A stretch of 64,000 bases of DNA, from the NCBI RefSeq assembly GCF_009914755.1, contig NC_060931.1. The stretch is one strand, 5' to 3'. The notes below the pieces were generated by a model, which was given only the letters and a program-made list of their open reading frames with translations, searched no databases and was not told where the DNA came from. Position numbers and translations under genes: made by a program. Every line of letters begins with the position of its first letter. Within the stretch, counting starts at the first letter, position 1. This stretch comes from the human T2T-CHM13v2.0 reference genome, Homo sapiens. Shown one piece after another: positions 46,472 to 61,480 of this stretch.

Positions 46472-49400
46472 AGGTTTGTTACATGGGTAAATTGCATGTT
46501 GTGGGCATTTGGTGTACAGATTATTTCATCATTCATGTAATAAGCATAATACACAATAGGTAGATTTTCGATCCTCACCCTCCTCCCACCCTTCACCCTC
46601 AAGTAGGCCCTAGTGTCTATTGTTCCCTTCATTGTGTCCATGTGTACCTAATGTTTAGTTCCCACTTATAAGTGAGAACTTGTGGCATTTGGTTTTCTGT
46701 TCCTGCATTAATTTGCTTAGGATAATGACCTCCAGCTTCACCCATGTTGCTGTAAAGGACACTATTTCATTCTTTTATATGGCTGCATAGTATTCTATGG
46801 TATATGTGTACCACATTTTCTTTATTCAGTCCACCATTGATGGTCATCTAGGTTAATTCTATGTCTTTGCTACTGTGAATAGTGCTACAGTGAACATACA
46901 CATGCATGTGTCTTTATGGTAGAACAATTTATATTCCTTTGGATATATACTGCATAATGGGATTGCTGGGTCAAATGACAGTTGTGTTTTAAGTTCTTTG
47001 ATAAATCCCCAAACCACTTTCCAAAGTGACTGAACTAATGTACATTCCTGCCAACAGTGTGTAAGCATTCCCTTTCCTCTGCAACCTCACTAGTTTTTTT
47101 TTACTTTAACAATAGCCATTCTGACTGTTGTGAGATGGTATCTCATTGTGATTTTGATTTGCATTTATCTAATCATTAGTGATGTTGAGAATTTTTTCAT
47201 ATGCTTGTTGGCCATGTGTATGTCTTCTCTTGAGAAGTGTCTATTCGTGTCCTTTGCCCTTTTTTTTTTAATGAGGTTGTTTTTTGCTTGTTACGTTTTT
47301 TATAGATTCTTAATATTTGACCTTTCTTAGATGCATAGTTTACAAATATTTTCTCCCCTTCTATAGGCTGTTTACTGTGCTCAAAGTTTCTTCTGCTGTG
47401 CAGAAGCTCTTTAGTTTAATTAGGTCCCACTTGTAATTTTTGTTTTTGTTGCAATTGCTTTTGTAGTCTTTAACGTGAAATATTTGCCAGGGCCTATGTC
47501 CAAAATGGTATTTTCCAGGTTTTCTTCTATGCTTTTTATAGTTTTAGGTTTTACATTTAAGTCTTTAATCCATCTTGAGTTGATTTTTGTATATGGTGAA
47601 AGGAAGGGGTCCAATTTCAATTTTCTGCATATGACTAGCCAGTTATTCCAGCACCATTTATTGAATAGGGTGCTCTTTCCCCATTGCTTGTTATTGTTGA
47701 CTTTGTCAAAGATCAGATGGTTGTAGGGTACAACATTATATATGGGTTCTTTAACCTGTTTCATTAGTCTGTTTTTGTACCAGTACCATGTTGTTTTGGT
47801 TACATAGCCTTGTAGTATAGTTTGAAGTCAAGCAGTGTGATGCTTCCAGCTTTGTTCTTTTTGCTTAGGATTGCTTTGGCAATTCAGGCTCTTTTTTGGA
47901 TCCACATGAATTTTAGAATAGTTTTTTTTTTCTAATTCTGTAAAAAATATTGTAGTTTGATAAAGAATACATTGAATCTGTACATTGTTTTGGGCAGTAA
48001 GTCCATTTTAACAATATCGATTCTTCCTATCCATGAGCATGGAATGTTTTTCCATTTATTTGTGTCATTTCTTATTTTTTTCAGCAGTGCTTTGTAATTC
48101 TCATTGTAGACATCTTTCACGTCCCTGGTTAGTTGTATTCGTAGGTATTTTTATCTACTTGTGGTTATTATGAATGGGATTGCATTCCTGATTTGGTTCT
48201 CAGCTTGGACATTATTGGTGTATAAGAATGCTATTGATTTTTGTACATTGATTTTGTATCCTGAAACTTTGCTGAAGTTGCTTAGCAGATCTAGGAGCCT
48301 TTGGGCAGAGACTATGGGGTTTTCTAGGTATAGAGTCATATAATCTGCAGAGAGATAGTTTGACTTCATCTCTTTTTATTTGGACGCCTTTTATTTCTTT
48401 CTCTTGCCTAGTTGCTCTGGCTAGGACTCCCAATACTATGTTGAGTAGCAGTGGTGCAAGTGGACATCCTTGTTTTGTGCCCATTTTCAAAGGGAATGCT
48501 TCCAGCTTTTGCCCATTTAGTATGCTGTTGGCTGTAGGTTTATCATAGGTGGCTCTTATTATTTTGAGGTATGTTGCCTTGATCCCTAGTTTGTTGAGAG
48601 TTTTTAACATGAAGGGATGCTGAATTTTATCAAAAGCCTTTTCTGCATCTATTAAGATGATCAATAGATGCAGGAAAGATTGTTTATAGTTCTGTTTATG
48701 TGATGAATCACATTTATTGATTTGCATATGTTGAACCAACCTTCCATCCACCTTGAACATGGTGGATTAGCTTTTTGATGTGCTGCCGGATTCGGTTTGC
48801 TAGTATTTTGTTGAGGATTTTTTCCTCTATGTTCATCAAGGATATTGACCTGAAGTTTTCTTTTTTTCATTGTGCCTCTGCCAGGTTTTGGTATCAGGCT
48901 GATGCTGACCTTATAGACTGAGTTAGAGAGGAGTCCCCACTCCTTGATTTTTTGGGATAGTTTCAGTAGGTTTGCTACCTGTTTTTCTTTGTATGTCTGG
49001 TAGAATTCAGCCATGAATCTGTATGGTCCAGGGCCTTTTCTGGTTGGTAGGTTTTTATTACTGATTCAATTTCAGAACTTGTTATAGTATGTTCAGGATT
49101 TCAATTTCTTCCTGGTTCAATCTTGGGAGGTGGTATGTTTCTAGGAATTTATCCATTTCTTCTAGGTTTTCTAGTTTGTATGCATACAGTCATTCATAAT
49201 TGTCTCTGAGGGTTTCTTATACTTTTGTGGGGTCAGTGGTAATGTCCCCTTTGTTATTTCTGATTGTGTTTATTTGGATCTTCTCTGTTTCTTCATTAGT
49301 CTAGCTAGTGGTCTATCAATTCTATTTATTCTTTCAAAAAACCAACTTTTGGTTTTGTTGATCTTTCGTATGTTTTTTTGTGTCTCAGTTTCATTCAGTT

Positions 49401-49980
49401 CAGCTCTGATTGTGCTTATTTATTTTCTTCTTCTAGCTTTGGGGTCGGTTCACTCCTGTTTTTCTAGTTCTTCTAGGTGTGGTGTTAGATTGTAAATGTG
49501 AGATCTTTCTTTTGGATGTTGGCATTTAGTGCTACAAACTTTACCCTCAATCCTGCTTTAGCTGTGTCCCAGACATTCTCATATGTTGTATATTTGTTTT
49601 CATTAGTTTCAAAGAATTTCTTGATTTCTGCCTTAATTTCATTGTTTACCCATAAGTAATTCAGGAGCAAATTGTTTAATTTCTATGTAATTGTATGGTT
49701 TAGAGAAATCTTGGTGTTGATTTCTACTTTTATTGTGCTTTATTCTGAAAGAGTGGTTGGTATGATTTCATTTTTTCTTTAATTTCTGAGAATTGCTTTA
49801 TGGCCAAGCATGCGGTTGATCTTAGAGTATGTGCCATATGCAAATGAGAAGAATGTATATTCTGTTGTTGTTGGGTGGGGTGTTCTGTAGATGTCTGTTA
49901 GGTCCATTTGGTCAAGTGTCAAGTTTAGTTCCAGAATATCTTTGTTAGTTTTCTGCCTCAGTGATATGTCTAATACTGTA
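46472..49980 (-). mobile_element. 5'-truncated older L1PA
   Basis: 3' UTR and ORF2 fragments on the minus strand (48212-48760 [18 protein letters not shown]). Confidence 0.9.
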
Positions 49981-49984
49981 ATGT

Positions 49985-50376
49985 GTCATGACAGTAAAAG
50001 AAAAAGTTGAATTGCTTGATATGCACCATAGATTGAGATCTGCAGCTGCATTTGCCCACTATTTCAGACAATTTATTTCATAAACAGATAATGTAAACTT
50101 AATGGTATCAATAAATACATCAAGTACATGGGAGATACAGTTCTTTCCATATATTTGCCCTTCCTTATGATTTTCTTAATAGTTTCTTTAGTTACTTTAT
50201 TGTAATACAGTACGTAATACATATACAAAATATGTGTTATCAGCTGTTTGTTTTCAGTAAGGCTTCTGATCAACAATAGGCTATTAAGTGTTGGGGTTGC
50301 AAAAGTTATACATCAGTTTTCTTCTGTATGAGGGGGTTGGTGCCTCTAATTCCTGTGTAGCTCAAGGGTCAACTGT
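49985..50376. mobile_element. Tigger2-like DNA transposon fragment
   Basis: Ends TCAAGGGTCAACTG-TA; Tigger2-like internal sequence by recall. Confidence 0.7.
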
Positions 50377-50379
50377 ATT

Positions 50380-51500
50380 TGTTCACAGATATCATGACTG
50401 TCTTTGTAGAAAATGCAAGGAAATCAATAACAACAACAAAAACTGGGAGTAATAAGTGATAATAGCAAGACTGCAAGACACTAGGTTAATATACAAAAGT
50501 CAATTGCCTCCTTATATGCCAGCAATGAACAATTGGAGTTTGAAATTAAAAACACATTACCATTGACATTAGCACCAAAAAATAAAAACGAAATACTTAA
50601 GTATGTGTCAAGAGCTATATGAGGAAAACTATAAAACTCTGATGAAAAAAAAACTACTAAAGAATAACTAAATAAATGGAAAGACAGTCTGTGTTCATAG
50701 ACAGGAAAACTCAATATTGTCAAGATGTCAGTTCTTTCCAACTTGATCTATAGATCCCAATTAAAATCCCAGCCAGTTATTTTGTAGATATCAACAAACT
50801 GTTTCTAAAGTTCATATGGAGAGGCAAAAGACCCAGAATAGCCAACACAGTATTGAAGAAGAACAAAGTCAGAAGACTGACACTACATGCCTTTAAGACT
50901 TACTATAGACTGAGTGCGGTGGCTCATGCCTGTAATCCCAGCACTTTGGGAGGCCAAGGTGGGATGTTCACTTGAAGCCAGGAACTTAAAACCAGCCTGG
51001 GCAACATAGCAAGACCCTGTTTCTACAAAAATAAATAAAAAGAAAATTCTAAAAACGGACTTACTATAGAGGTACAATAATCAATACAGTATGTTATTGG
51101 CAAAATAACAGACAGATCAATGAACAGAATAGAGAGACAAGAAAAAGATCCACATAAATATAGTCAACTCATCTTTAACAAAGGAGCAAAGGCAATACAA
51201 TGAAACAAAGATAGTCCTTTCAACAAATGGTGCTGGAACAACTGGACATCCACATACTGCAAAAACAAACAAACAAATCCAGATGCAGACCTTATTGCCT
51301 TCACAAAAATTAACTGAAAATGGATCACAGACCTAAATGTAAAATGCAATACTATAAATCTGGAAGATAACACAGGAAAAAAAACTAGACGGCTGAGGGT
51401 ATGTGTAGGAATTACATGAGATATCTCTGTACCTTCCTCTCAATTTTCCTGTGAACCTAAAACCAATCTAAGAAATGAAGTGTTTAATATTGAATTTAAA
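50380..51500 (+). mobile_element. Old L1M ORF2/3' fragments containing a monomeric Alu (FLAM, ~50908-51045)
   Basis: L1 ORF2 motifs (CTTTTCAACAAATGGTGCTGGAACAACTGG); Alu left monomer with TSD GACTTACTATAGA. Confidence 0.8.
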
Positions 51501-52382
51501 AAAAAAATGGGCAGAGATCCAGCTCTAAAACAGCACCCTGAGAAGCTTCTCACCCACTCCCCAGTGGTGGGCAGGGAGGGGAACCTGGTAGAAATATTTT
51601 TTAGAAAAACCCATTTAAAGTTTTAAAAACCATTAGGAAAATTGTCCTAAGGACATACATCAAATAAAGACATATTTATTCAGAAAATTTACTAAATTCC
51701 TGTAAGAAAAGTGAGGGTCTCTGGTACTTAGCCATGGCCCACTCCTTCCCTTCCCCCATGTTCAGCAGAAGGGAAACTCCACTGTGGGAGGATATGGCCA
51801 AGAACACTGGGATCACAGTCACTCCAGCTCCCAGTCAAGGGCTATGGTATCTCCCCTAGGAGGAGAAGGCTGCCAGCGTTTCTCATCTCCCTACCGCTGT
51901 GAAGCAGAAACAACATTTGAGGCTAATGAGGCCAAGAGGTCAGGGACTCCCTTCCTCCACTCAACCATAAGGCAAAGGTTCAGTGGGCTGGGAATACTGG
52001 ATTCCTGGTCACCTTTTCTCCAGCTACTTCATAGTGTGGAGTTTCCATGCCAGGAGAGTCAAGCTGAAGTTGAAAAGACCAGAGGCTACTACGCCACTCA
52101 GGACCATGCTCAAAAAGTAGATGGGTCACTCTAGAAGATGCAAGCCACTGTCACCAACCCCAGGTCCAGAGCAGTGGCTCAGATATGTTGCCCAGAGGAG
52201 AGGCATGCCTTAAGAACAGAGAGCTCTGAAGCTGTCCTCAAGTAAACTGACTTGTTTGGAACAGAGTGTGGGGAAGTTCAAGGTTAAGAGTACTGCCAAA
52301 AACAATGGAGATTTTGACAGTAAGCAATTAAGAGGAAATGAGTAGCTTGATAAAAGCAACAAGCTCAACCATAGGCCAGCTA

Positions 52383-52820
<438 letters not shown>

Positions 52821-53594
52821 AGAGGAACAAAGAAATATTTTAGACCTCCAGTTAAAAATGGCAAACTGGATACACATTCAATTTTGCTCCCTCTCAAAAC
52901 CACCAAAATAATTTATTTTTTAAGGCATAAAGCTGAAAGGATGACAAGAGGAGACCATTTTGGAAGCCAGGAAGCAGAACAAATTTAAACTTCTCAACAA
53001 AACAAGAAAGCCAGACATAATGGGACAAAGCCTTCAAAATTATAAATGAAAATTATTTTTAACCTAAAATTTTATATTCAGTCTAAATTTGATCACATTT
53101 GAATAGATCAAGTTAGAATGAAGATATTTTCAGTTTTGTAAGTTCTCAAAAAATTATCTTCAGTGTACCCATTTCTCAGGAAGTTACTGGAGATTTACTC
53201 TCCCAGAACTGAATAAATGGAGAAAGAGAAATGCCTTTGATGCAGGAAGCAGGAGATCCAACCTAGGACAGAAGTAAAGGGAATCCCCAGCATGGTGGTG
53301 ATGTGAGAAGCCAGGACAACAGCTGTGTGTGGTGTCAAGCCCCAGACTGGGGCAGGTTGGAAGGGTCTGAAAAGCCTTTCTCAGGAAGATATAGAATACT
53401 TGATGCATAGAAATTTATTCATAGAAGATTTGATAAAGATTTGAGGGTTGGATTAGTGTTAAGCAATAGAAAACCAAGCAAGCAAACAAACTTTTTAAAA
53501 AAAGCAATTATCTTCAGAGAAGATCAAAAGTTATGCAGGATAGGAAAAGTAATCTTAATTTTCTACATGGCTCAGCTGCTGTAAATGGTATTTA

Positions 53595-54404
53595 CAGGCA
53601 CACCTCGGAGATATGTTGCAGGTTCTGTTCCTGACCACTGCAATAAAGCAAGTATTACAGTAAAGCAAATCACACGAATTTCTGGTTTCCCAGTGCATAT
53701 AAAAGTCATGTTTATACTATAAGGTAGCCTATTTAGTGTGTGATACTGTTATGTCTAAAAAAACCTAACGGACATACCTTAATTTAGAAATACTTTGTTG
53801 CTAAATAATGCTAACAATCATCTGAACCTTTGCCTTCACAACATAAGGCCTAACATTTGGCTTATCTTTGCTTTCACAATGCCTTCCTCACTAAGCTTAA
53901 TCATTTCTAGTTTCCAATTTTAAATGAAAGACATGTGACACTTCCTTTCACTTAAACACTTACAGGCCATTGTAGGGACATTAATTGGCCTAATTTCAGT
54001 ATTATTGTGTCTCAGGAATAGGGAGACCTAACGTGAGAGAGAAATGGAGGAACGTCCAGTTGGTGGAGTGGTCAGAACACACGGTCAGAACACCAACACA
54101 GAGTTGGTGGAGCGGTCAGAACTGAATTATCAATTAAGTTCACCGTCATATGGGTGCGGTTCATGGCACCCCAAAACAATCACAATAGTAACATCAAAGA
54201 TCACCATAACCAACATAATAATAATGAAAAAGCTTGAAATGTTGCAAAAGTTACCAAAATGTGACACAGAGACATGAAGTGAGCAAAGGCTATTGAAAAA
54301 ATGGTGCCAATAGACTTGCTCGATGCAAAAATGCCACAAATCCTCAATTTGTAAAAGATGCAGGATCCACAAAGAGAGATGCACAATAAAATAAAGTATA
54401 CCTG
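53595..54404 (-). mobile_element. Internally deleted Tigger1
   Basis: Both TIR-like ends CAGGCACACCTCGGAGAT.. and ..AAAGTATACCTG; TA on the left flank. Confidence 0.85.
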
Positions 54405-54919
54405 TGCATATTCCAATATTGTAAACACTGAATATTGATTTAAACAAAACTATAACCAATTTGGATAGAGGAGGAAGAGAGGAAGCATACTTCTGGAACA
54501 TGCAGTGGGGAAGAAGAAAGCTAAATCTTCACCTTTTATGGTTGGGAGTCAGTAGATTATGCCTGAAACTGAAAAATCAAGAAGTACCAATCCAAGCATG
54601 TTATTTAGAGAACTGAGGTAAATGCCTAAAGAATGAGCACAGGTGAAAGTGCTTGCCTCTGAAGAGGAAGAAAGGGAGAGTGTGGGACTGCCGATTTTCG
54701 TAAGTTTTGAAAAACTGACTCTTTGAAAACTAGGTACATGATAACCTTGAATAAATTTCATAAATATAAATATGTTTCTATCTCTTCTATATCACTTCAC
54801 TCACCAGTATTGAGTTTTCAGAGTAACTACTGTATATTAGTATCTAAAAGTTAATTTTCTGTCTTAAAGGCATTAATATGGATGCTAGACTAAATATACA
54901 GAAATTCCACTTTTCATAA

Positions 54920-55100
54920 TAATAGCTACCATTACTATGGTCCCAGTATTGTACTAAGCACTTATATTATCTCCAGTCCCCAGAGCAACCATGCAAAGTA
55001 GGTACTGTTTCCATTTTACAGATAAGAAATTGATGCTCAAAGAGATTAAATAATTTGCTAGTATGTAGCAGAACTCTCTGATCTCAAAGCCTCTGTTCTT
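54920..55100 (-). mobile_element. MIR
   Basis: CCATTTTACAGATAAGAAATTGA..AGAGATTAAATAATTTG core. Confidence 0.75.
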
Positions 55101-55861
55101 CCTTCCTCCTGGATCCCATCACCTCTTTCTAGAGTTTGCGTTTAAAAGAACTAGGGGCAGGGGGAGGGCAATGTAGCAGTTCAAATAACTCCTCCTTTGG
55201 AGGAAGGGCAAGGAAGCAGAAGAGAACCGCTGAAGGATTCAGCAATAGCACTAGGTAGCAGTCTCATGTAACCAAGTTTAACCCACAGTTGAAATTTCCA
55301 GTTGGTCATGTGAGCAACGGAAGCAATTTTTAAACTCTGGCCAGGAGCCCCAATGCTTACAAAAATAAAAGCTTTGTTCGGCTCTTATTTTGAAATAAAA
55401 TAGATGTTCCAGCTGCTCCAACATGGGCCTAAACACTGCAGTGAGAATGCTCAGGACACAAAGTTTTGTGTCCAGAGAAGCCCAGTCATCATTACAAAAT
55501 TGATCTCTAAAAGGGGTTGGGGGACAGACGGCATAGCTGCTTCCCAAGGAAATGAGTAGGAGGTGACCTGGGTCCTGACTGCCACACTGGCTGGGAGCTT
55601 GGACCAGATGATCCTGATGGGTTTCTTCTGAATAAAATTCCGGGTTGTGTTTATCTTGCAGTTTAAATCACTGGGAGCTTCGAGAGTTCTTTGGCTCCTT
55701 CCCTTTCTGGAATTATTGTGTGATATAATCAAGACATTTACCTGGCTCTTTAAATCAGTTGGTTTGCCGGCTACAGTGTAGGTAAAGAGTATGTCATAAT
55801 GGACAATAAAAAGTTGTTTACATACCTCATTTCTGAAAAGTCATGGGCCACTGGCAAGTTA

Positions 55862-55877
55862 GGAAACGAAAGTGAAA
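55862..55877 (+). promoter_or_regulatory. TMEM140: ISRE/IRF element of the TMEM140 promoter; CRE-like TGACATCA at 55889-55896
   Basis: GGAAACGAAAGTGAAA, three tandem GAAA cores matching the ISGF3/IRF consensus, immediately upstream of exon 1. Confidence 0.8.
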
Positions 55878-55889
55878 TCAGCTGATAGT

Positions 55890-56119
55890 GACATCAGTCA
55901 GAACAAATGTACCAAAGTTCAGAGAGCTGTTTACTAGGCACGACTGCGAAGGCAAGGGGGCACCAGCTCAGGACTGCATCTGCCTGCCATTTCCCTTCCA
56001 CTCCTCCTTTCTGGAGTCTGACATTAGAAAGCCAGCGAGAAGGAAGATTCAAACAACCAACCCTGATTTCCTGCTTCTCCTTTTCATGAGTGTTCCTGTG
56101 GTCTCTGCACCTCCTTTCT
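55890..56119 (+). other. TMEM140: TMEM140 non-coding first exon (5' UTR); the CDS lies outside the window
   Basis: Unique sequence after the ISRE ending at donor CT|gtaagt (56120). Identity from recall of gene order AGBL3-TMEM140 and interferon inducibility; TSS approximate. Confidence 0.7.
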
Positions 56120-57049
56120 GTAAGTACCGATCCTGCAAGCATCACAGCTTACCCAGACGTCTACTACCTTGTAAGACAATTTTGTTTTCTTCTCAGATAT
56201 TTCATGTTCTGGCAATCCACATAGGGGAACTCACTGGTTGTTCAGTATCTGTGACCCTCCCTCGCTCATGTCTGTATAATCTACATAATCTACCCCCTTT
56301 ACTCTCTGCTCTCCTTCCTTCCACTCTTCGGCATCAACATGTGTAGCTCTGGCCTCAAAGATGATGAAAGTAAGGCCAGTATAACTGGTTAGAAACGATG
56401 CAGGGCTGACTGCACACAGCAGAGTCTTGCACGCAGTGTGTACAAGGACATGGCTGTGGCTTGTGCAATACACTGTTCATCAGAAATAGGTAAACAAAAG
56501 CAGGTCACCGACCAACACTAACTAAACCACTATTCAATGGTAGTTACGAACACATCATAAAACTTTAAAATACACACTGAAGATTAATATCAACAGAAAA
56601 ACTTGTGTTCTTGCCTCAAAGAATGGGACCTAAGAGATGTTTAGATCTTATGTTAGTCATTAGACCAGATTGCTCCTCATGCCCCAGTGGAAATCCATGG
56701 TGGTATTTTAGTTCTCTTGATGCATATTTTAAGAGATTTTTTTTAATGTGGGCTTAGTTTCACTAATAACTTCCACTATGCTTCTTCGCCTATAAAATCA
56801 AAGGCTCCTTTGAAAGAGGGAAAAGACACATATTTCCTTCTTCCCTCATGATAACTGAAGAGCATTTTTCAGTATCCACTTACCATACCCCATTCCCCAA
56901 AATCTCAGGTCTGAGACTCAGTCCATGAGATATTTTTTCAATCTTGCACATATTCCCCTTTCTCAACTTTCTTTCCAGCTTAGTCCCTGCTTTATCTAAT
57001 TACTAAGGCTGTTTTGAATGCCTGTTTTATAAATTTCTTTTTTTTTCAT

Positions 57050-58080
57050 AAATGTAGCACATAATTCTAAAAATATTTTACTGCAAATAGAGAACAATTG
57101 CCTGTAATGTCACCACCCAGAGCTACCACAGCTAACATTAACATTTTCAAATACTTCTTTAGTCTCTTTCTCCTATGCCTCTTTATATGGATGTAGTCAC
57201 ACTATGTAGAGTGATTTTATACCTGCTTTTTCTAAAAGATGCATAGTATTTTACCCTTGATACATCATAGTTTACTTCTGATATTGGACTTTCAAGCTGC
57301 TTCCCATTTTGTGCCAAAAGTAATGCTGTGCTGAACATTCCTATGTATAAATTATTGACTGGATTTCTGATTGCTGTCTTAGGATAGATTTATAAAAGTG
57401 GGCCAAAGAGATATGACTATTTTTAGGGTTTTTAATGTTTATTGCCAATCTGCCTCCCTGAAAGTTTGTACAAATGTTCACATCCACCATCATTGTGTGA
57501 GAATGCCAGTTTAACCATATTTTTGGTATCATCAAGTGTTTTTACCTACAGTGTTGATAGGGAAACTCTGGTTTTTTACTTGGCGTATCTTTAATTACAT
57601 TAGAAAAGTTACAGAATTTTTTTTCATGTTAGTTAACTACTTTGCATTCTTTGTGAATTATCTCTTCATATTTGTCCATTTTTAATGAGGTGTAATGTTT
57701 TTTGACAGTTTGCGTAAACATTTTAAACATTAAGTACATTAATCATTTCATAGTTGTGGTAGATATTTTCCATGCTCATTGACTTTTAATTATATTTATG
57801 TTGTTTTTGGTGAATAGAAATCTTTATTTTAGAATAGTTAAACCTGTGCAATTCTTTATTTGTAGTTTCCATTTGCTCTTAAGTTCCAAATTTTATTTTT
57901 CACTCATAAATCAAATATATCCTTTTTTCCAGATCATTGATTTTTTTATCTGGTTTTACCTTTCACTCTTGGATCCATGTGAAATTTATTTGGGTATGTG
58001 GAGTGAGATGAGGACCTAAAATAGTTTTGTTTCTCTTTTCTAGTTAGCTGATCAATTGCTTCAGTATTAGTTAATGAAGA
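57050..58080 (-). mobile_element. Highly decayed L1M relic
   Basis: T-rich L1 antisense motifs (TGTGAGAATGCCAGTT, GATCCATGTGAAATTTATTT). Confidence 0.55.
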
Positions 58081-58577
58081 ACCCTTTCAGGACTCAAAAC
58101 AAATATCTCTTCTGAAGAGAGGCTTTCCCTGACCCTATAATCTAGTCATCACTTCCTCCTGCCAGTTTCTCTCTCTCACTCACCCTGTTTATTTCTTTCC
58201 CAAACCTTTTCAAAAATTATAATTACCTTTTAAAAAATACATTTGGTGTTTGCCTTCCCAACTAGAGTACAAGCTCAATGAGAGCAGGCACCTGGTTTGT
58301 CCTGTGTGGCACTGATTCCCCAGGGCCTCTGATTCAGGGAGTCATCCAAAATGTGTCACTAACAGAGTTACAAGATGAAATGCTGACCCCACGAGTCGAA
58401 GTGGGTGGCAAATTGCCTTTGTAATTGCGGAAGAGAGGGCTGGTGCAGGAAAACTAACCATTGACAGCCAAAGGCAGTCACCAGTTTCTGGTACTACTGA
58501 TTCTCAAACTCTGAATCTTGTGAATCTTGGCCGCCCACAAACTGGACCGTGGAGTCCTGCCAACAGAAACCAAATGA

Positions 58578-58715
58578 GATTAGCTGGACGTGGTGGCAGG
58601 AGGCTGAGGCAGGTGAATTTCTTGAACCCGGGAGGCAGAGATTGCAGTGAGCCAAGATGGTGCCACTGCATTCCACCCTGGGTGACAGAGCAAGACTGTC
58701 TCAAACAAACAAACA
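58578..58715 (+). mobile_element. Partial Alu (right arm with internal deletion)
   Basis: ATTAGCTGGACGTGGTGGCAG|GAGGCTGAGGC..GTCTC(AAAC)n. Confidence 0.85.
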
Positions 58716-59529
58716 AATTAAGATGGCTCATTTGTAGACATTTTCTCATTTTTAAGGATTTTCTTCTCCCTCTAAACTTTTTGTAATCTTTGTTCCCACT
58801 TGGATTATCTGCTAGTGAGAGCTAATAGTCAACAAAACAATTGCACAAATAGCAAGTTAATATTAATGGAACCATTTAAACAGCTATCTCAATGGCTTGT
58901 CATCTGGGTGCCTGGACTCATGCTTCTGACTTTATGTTATAATCTCATGGTATAGTCCTATTTTGTCTGATAAAGCTGTTTTATTTACATGGAATAATTA
59001 AGTAAATCAAAACATCACAGCATTCATTAAAAACTTGGTGGTTGGGATGGCTGTCCACAGAAAACACTGGTGAAATCCAGGAGCTGCCACCACCTACACA
59101 CTGTTGAAAAACACTGCAGTAGCCCTGTTTTGAAAAGAATTAGAACCTGGACTCATGTTTCTACCAAAGGAAATATGACACATTTCCCTTTCTTCTTCCC
59201 TTTTTATTTTTGTGACAGCCACACCTAAACCATGAGCACACTGATCTTCAATGTGTTCCACCAGAAATATTTTAGCCAGGACTGGTGGCCTCTGACAAGT
59301 AAACCTGCGCCCTTGTTCTATGCCCTGGCAAGCTCTGTTGCCCCGGCTTTATTCTGCTAACATTTTCTTCCCAGTTCTCCTCTCTCCATTCAGGCGACAC
59401 ACCCAACCATGTCTACCTGACTCTCCGTCAATTCCCGTTTCTCCCACTGAGCTATTGCTTCAGCATCATGACCAGAGCAGACACATTGACCCAGTTTGTG
59501 TCAGGCCCCAAGCCCTCTATATGTGAGTG

Positions 59530-60460
59530 AACTTCCTTCAGTCTCACAACAGCCCATGAGGAACGTGACAACTGATGCATTACAGATGAGGATGTGAGGC
59601 TCAGGCTGGCTATGTAACTTGCCCAAGGTCATATGACTAGTGAGTGACAGAACGACGACATGCTCCCAGGTCATCTGGCTCTAAAACCCATGCTCCTTAC
59701 CACCACACTGTGCTACCTCTCAACAGGCAGCTGCATCCTGGAGTCATCACAACCAAACATAAATGAGACCAGCTTCCTAGAGTTCATCTCTGGGAATGAA
59801 CCCTGGCACTATTTGTCTTCCTAGAATCTCACCACTGTCAGGCTGGTAGCCTGGGCTTAACTTCTCTGAGCCTCAGTTTTCTCTCTATCGTAGTAATAAT
59901 TTAAATAATACTTACCAGGTCATGTTCTAAATGCCATGCACAAATTACTTCATTTAATTTCCATAACATCTACAAAATAAGTTATATAATTAAAGCCATT
60001 TTACAGATGAAAAATCTAGGCAGAAGGATGTTAAGTAACTAAGGTCACACAGCTGGTGAATGGAAGAGCAGAGTCTTGAACCCAGAAGCCATAGCTTCAA
60101 GGTCCATGCTCAGAACCAGTATTCCACACTGTCTTCACTACGTCAAATGGGAACAGTGATAATAACATCCACACAAGGGTGTTGTGAAGATTAAATGAGT
60201 TAATGCACGTAAAGGGCCAGGCCCCCAGTTAGAGGTAGATCCTCATGGTGATTAACAATGCAGCCTGACAGGCTCCATCATTCACTGGCTGTGTGAACTT
60301 GGGCAAGTTACTGACCCTTACTAGGCCTGTTTTCTTCTCTGGAAAATGAAGATGAAAACAGTAACTCTACCCTACATGGTTGTAAGAAATTAATAAGACA
60401 ATACCTGTTAAGTGCTTAGCACAGGGCCTGGCATATAGTAAATTCTCAAGAGATTTTGAG
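59530..60460. mobile_element. Cluster of MIR elements in both orientations
   Basis: Several MIR cores (TTACAGATGAGG..CTTGCCCAAGGTCA; CTTGGGCAAGTTAC; CTGAGCCTCAGTTT). Confidence 0.8.
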
Positions 60461-60764
60461 GTCTGTTTTTAATTATTAATAAGTTCTCACTAAAGTTAGA
60501 TTCCTTCTCAGACACCTTCCACTGATCAAAGAGTCTCATCAAAGCAAGTTCTTCCCTCCCTGGTCCCCTTTGGCTTTCTGAAATCATTAATTAAAAGAAA
60601 GGCCCTAGGAACCTAATGGCTTACCTGTTTTTTCTTTTAATATTCTACTCCGCAAAATTTGCAAAGTGTGTAATGTTTAACAGCAGCAAAATTAAAACAT
60701 GTAAGTTCCATGCGGCAGTCCTCAAGGCCATGATAGCAACTGCTGCTGGTGGTGCCCGATGGGG

Positions 60765-61480
<716 letters not shown>

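Noticed and set aside
55888-56346. 152-aa ORF as a protein-coding gene
   Set aside because: GTG start, reads through the exon 1 donor into intron, no recognisable domain.
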